Part shown: positions 61,208 to 64,000 of the stretch, one piece after another
Position numbering within the stretch: position 1 is the stretch's first letter
Layout: each line of letters opens with the position of its first letter
From: Myxococcota bacterium
Lineage (GTDB): Bacteria > Myxococcota_A > UBA796 > UBA2385
Length of the DNA stretch: 64,000 nucleotides
Assembly (NCBI GenBank): GCA_044344255.1
Contig: JBIJDH010000003.1
Span: 192,001-256,000 of the forward strand
Reading direction: 5' to 3'
Position numbers and translations under genes: made by a program
Notes under the pieces: generated by a model
What the model saw: the letters and a program-made list of their open reading frames with translations, nothing else
Told to the model about the DNA's origin: nothing
The model's database searches: none

Positions 61208-64000
61208 ATGCCCATCAAACCGCCCAATCTGGACGACCGTCGATACGCCGACCTGGTCGCGGAAGCGCGGGCCCTCATCCCGCAGTACTGCCCGGAGTGG
61301 ACCAACCTCTCCGACGCCGATCCCGGCATCACGCTGGTGCAGCTCTTCGCCTGGATGACAGAGCTGACGATCTACCGGCTGAATCGCGTGCCGGACAAGA
61401 CCTACATCCACTTCCTCAACTTCATTGGGGAGGAGCGGAAGCGGGCCCGGCCGGCGGTGGCGCCGCTCACCTTCTCGCTGCGGGCCGATCGCCCCGTGGA
61501 GCTGCCGGCCTTCGCCAAGAGCTCCACCCGGCAGCGGGAGGACAACACGGCCCTGGATCTGCTCACGACCGATCGCCTCACGGTGCACAATTCGCGATTG
61601 AAGCGGGTGATGAGCGTGCGCGGCGGGCGGCGGCCGGCGGTGCGAGAGATCCCCTTCACCCAGTTCGACGATCATCCGTCCGTGCTCTCCTTCTCGGGCG
61701 GCAAGGGCGTACAGTTCTTCGACCTTGATCCTGTGGAATACGGGCCAGACGCCTATACGCCGCACCAGTTCCTCTACATTGCCCACGATGATCTGCGGCT
61801 GATGAACATCGTCCCTGAAGAAGGGCGTCGGCTCGGGCGAGTTCGGGTCCGGCGGCAGGGCGACGGCCTCGCCATCACGCCCTTCTTCCGTTGGGAGTAC
61901 CCCACGGAGCGCGGCTGGATGCCCGTGCCGATCGAGGAGGAGAAGGACGAGCAGCTCGGAATGCCCGAGAGCTCGCTGGTGACCGCGCTCCCCGGCATCG
62001 TCCCCATTCCCTTCGACCTCGGGCGGGCCTCCGATCAGCTCCCCGAGCCGGTCGCCCAGGCCCGGTGGTGGATCCGAGGCCGCCTCGACTTCGAGCGCTG
62101 GCTCGCCGCCCGCATGCAGGATGATCTCGAGATCACCTGGAAGGACGATCGCGGAGGGGAAGAGCGGAAGATCAACAACTGGGAGGTTCGGGCCCGGGGC
62201 CGCAGCCTCGAGTACTTCCTCCAAGACCTCCCCCCGATCAAGGGCGGCTGGACCATTCGGATGTCCCTGGTCGACCGCGGAGTGTCGGCCGGTCGCCATG
62301 GTTATTTGCCCGCCTGCCGTTGGTTCTACCGGCGCGGCGAGGTGTGGGAGGAGATCCCCCGCGAGCGGATCCGGCCGGAGGGCACCTCGATCACCCTCCT
62401 CGGCCCCCTCGCCGACATGGCCAGCGACGGCTTCAACCTGCGGGCCGAGCGCATCGAGACGGTGTTCCTCCGCGGCTTCATCCCGGATCTGGACCTCGAG
62501 CTCACCTGGCTCCGGCCCGTCGAGATCGACCTCTTCGCGGGTGACGATCCGCGGCGAGCCGAGCGCTTGCAGCTCGGCGAGGGCCCCTGGTCGCCCTTCC
62601 AGATCGCCCCCATGATCCCACCGACGATCGGGCGAAAGCTGTATATCGGCGCCGATCTCTTCGAGAACCGCAAGAAGGCCCCCGTGCTCGTCGAGCTCGA
62701 GGTCGGCTTCGAGATGAACGGTGAGCTCATCGAGGAGCCCACCGAGCTCTACCAGCTCCAGCTCACGTACCGCGCCGACGACTCTTGGCGTGTGGTGTGG
62801 ACCGAAGACCAGAGCTTCGCGCGTTTCACCTTCTCCCAGCTCGATGAGGACGGCTCGAAGCGGGCCGCCCGCCGTAAGATCCGGATCGTGCTCGATCCGA
62901 AGACCCAGCTCCGCGGCCTCGCGCGACACGAGATGGGCGGCACCGAGACCACCTGGCTGCGCCTCGAGCTCATGAAGTCGAGCCTCACCGGGCAGGACGA
63001 GAAGAAGCAGCAGCACCCGATCGCGCTCAAGTTCTACGGGATCCGCCTCGGCGTCGACAAGACGCTCGGAGACGAGACCTACGAGCAGCCGATGCCCGGG
63101 CCGAGGATGGCACAGCTCGATCTGCGCGATCAGAACCGCCGCCTCACCCGCGTGGTCACCCGGGCGACGGGCCGGTTGGCCGAGTTCTTCCCCTTCTTCC
63201 CTTTCGTCGAGATCGAAGAGGAGAACCAGGCGCTCTACCTGGAGTTCGACAAGCCGCTCCCGGTGGGCTCGCGGCACGCCCTCCACTTCCGCGGCCGCGG
63301 GGAGGCCTTCCTTCCGCGCGGCACACGGGTCGAGTGGGAGATCCTCGAAGATCGCGGGCACGGTCGCACCGGCTGGCGGCGAATCCAGCCCTTCCATGAC
63401 GGCGAGGCCGAGCGCAGCCCGTACGACCTCTCCAAGTCCGGGGTGCTCGAATTCCCGCTGCTGGAGCTGCCGCCGATCCCGGCCGACGGCTTCTGGGTGC
63501 GAGGGCGCTTCTCGCTGCCCGCCGAGGTCACCCTCGACCGGCTGCCGCCGCTCCCGCCGATCACCCACCTGATGCTGAACACCGTAGACGCCGCCACGCT
63601 GTTCACGCAGCGGACCGAGCGCTACAGCGGCCTCGGCGTGCCCGGCCAGACGATCCAGCTGCTCCGACGGCCCATCTTCCTCCACCCGGGAGAGGGAGAG
63701 CGCTCGATCTTCCCCCGCGTCGAGCTCTTCGATGACATCAAGGTCTTCGTCGAGCGAGAGGCCGGGCAGAAGGACGAGTGGAAGCGCGTCGAGAACATGC
63801 TCACCGCCAGCAAGGACGATCGGGTCTTCGTGGTCGATCCGGTTGACGGCACGCTCACCTTCGGAAACGGCATCCGTGGCCGGATGTTGCCCGCTGGCTC
63901 GAACAACCTGCTGGTCGACACCTACCGGGTGGTGCCGGGCGGCCGCTCCAACGTCGGTCCGCACGAGATCTCGGTCATCGAGGGCTATGGGGACATGCTT
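61208..64000 (+). CDS. Baseplate J / wedge protein (Afp11-like), 3' truncated (not in the ORF track)
   Basis: MPIKPPNLDDRRYADLV...CPEWTN...DPGITLVQLFAWMTE..IYRLNRVP; later SGLGVPGQT and TFGNGIRGRMLP; I saw no stop before the edge. Confidence 0.9.
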   Translation, partial: MPIKPPNLDDRRYADLVAEARALIPQYCPEWTNLSDADPGITLVQLFAWMTELTIYRLNRVPDKTYIHFLNFIGEERKRARPAVAPLTFSLRADRPVELPAFAKSSTRQREDNTALDLLTTDRLTVHNSRLKRVMSVRGGRRPAVREIPFTQFDDHPSVLSFSGGKGVQFFDLDPVEYGPDAYTPHQFLYIAHDDLRLMNIVPEEGRRLGRVRVRRQGDGLAITPFFRWEYPTERGWMPVPIEEEKDEQLGMPESSLVTALPGIVPIPFDLGRASDQLPEPVAQARWWIRGRLDFERWLAARMQDDLEITWKDDRGGEERKINNWEVRARGRSLEYFLQDLPPIKGGWTIRMSLVDRGVSAGRHGYLPACRWFYRRGEVWEEIPRERIRPEGTSITLLGPLADMASDGFNLRAERIETVFLRGFIPDLDLELTWLRPVEIDLFAGDDPRRAERLQLGEGPWSPFQIAPMIPPTIGRKLYIGADLFENRKKAPVLVELEVGFEMNGELIEEPTELYQLQLTYRADDSWRVVWTEDQSFARFTFSQLDEDGSKRAARRKIRIVLDPKTQLRGLARHEMGGTETTWLRLELMKSSLTGQDEKKQQHPIALKFYGIRLGVDKTLGDETYEQPMPGPRMAQLDLRDQNRRLTRVVTRATGRLAEFFPFFPFVEIEEENQALYLEFDKPLPVGSRHALHFRGRGEAFLPRGTRVEWEILEDRGHGRTGWRRIQPFHDGEAERSPYDLSKSGVLEFPLLELPPIPADGFWVRGRFSLPAEVTLDRLPPLPPITHLMLNTVDAATLFTQRTERYSGLGVPGQTIQLLRRPIFLHPGEGERSIFPRVELFDDIKVFVEREAGQKDEWKRVENMLTASKDDRVFVVDPVDGTLTFGNGIRGRMLPAGSNNLLVDTYRVVPGGRSNVGPHEISVIEGYGDML

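Noticed and set aside
61190..63964. 924-aa minus-strand ORF
   Set aside because: Antisense shadow of the baseplate J gene; the + frame carries the recognisable motifs
43382..64000. Prophage or T6SS interpretation of the tail genes
   Set aside because: No head, packaging or integrase genes and no TssJLM/ClpV/TssBC; the cap, ATPase and DUF4157 genes point to a CIS

Overview
High-GC bacterial chromosomal segment, most likely from a Myxococcota/deltaproteobacterium-like organism (inferred from a MYXO-CTERM-like tail, an ftpABCDE-like type III PKS cluster, an A2-type caa3 oxidase and a Hanks-type kinase). From left to right: the end of a caa3 cytochrome c oxidase operon, mdh, ltaE, gpmI, a DAO-family oxidoreductase, a fused 2-oxoacid dehydrogenase E1, paired lipoproteins, a sulfatase-like gene and rho-rpmE-DUF1385-prfA, where Rho has a degenerate ATPase half. 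Next come a 10-gene minus-strand run (TRAP/TPAT-like transporter plus a type III PKS-MT-ACP-FAAL-monooxygenase cluster), queE, copZ and an FHA-like/vWA/Ser-Thr kinase/outer-membrane module. From about 43.4 kb to the window end is a contractile injection system (eCIS/CIS) locus: AAA ATPase, DUF4157, Pvc16-like cap, two sheaths, two tubes, a tail assembly chaperone, a 1509-aa low-complexity protein, a LysM initiator, a hub, gp25 and a truncated baseplate J. The strongest hidden signal is a complete programmed -1 ribosomal frameshift cassette (internal SD, G GGG GAA, 6-nt spacer, 15-bp hairpin). It would join the CIS chaperone to a DUF6760-like frame that lacks a good start of its own. All calls come from reading motifs by eye; no database searches were run. 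No tRNA, rRNA, CRISPR array or IS element was recognised.
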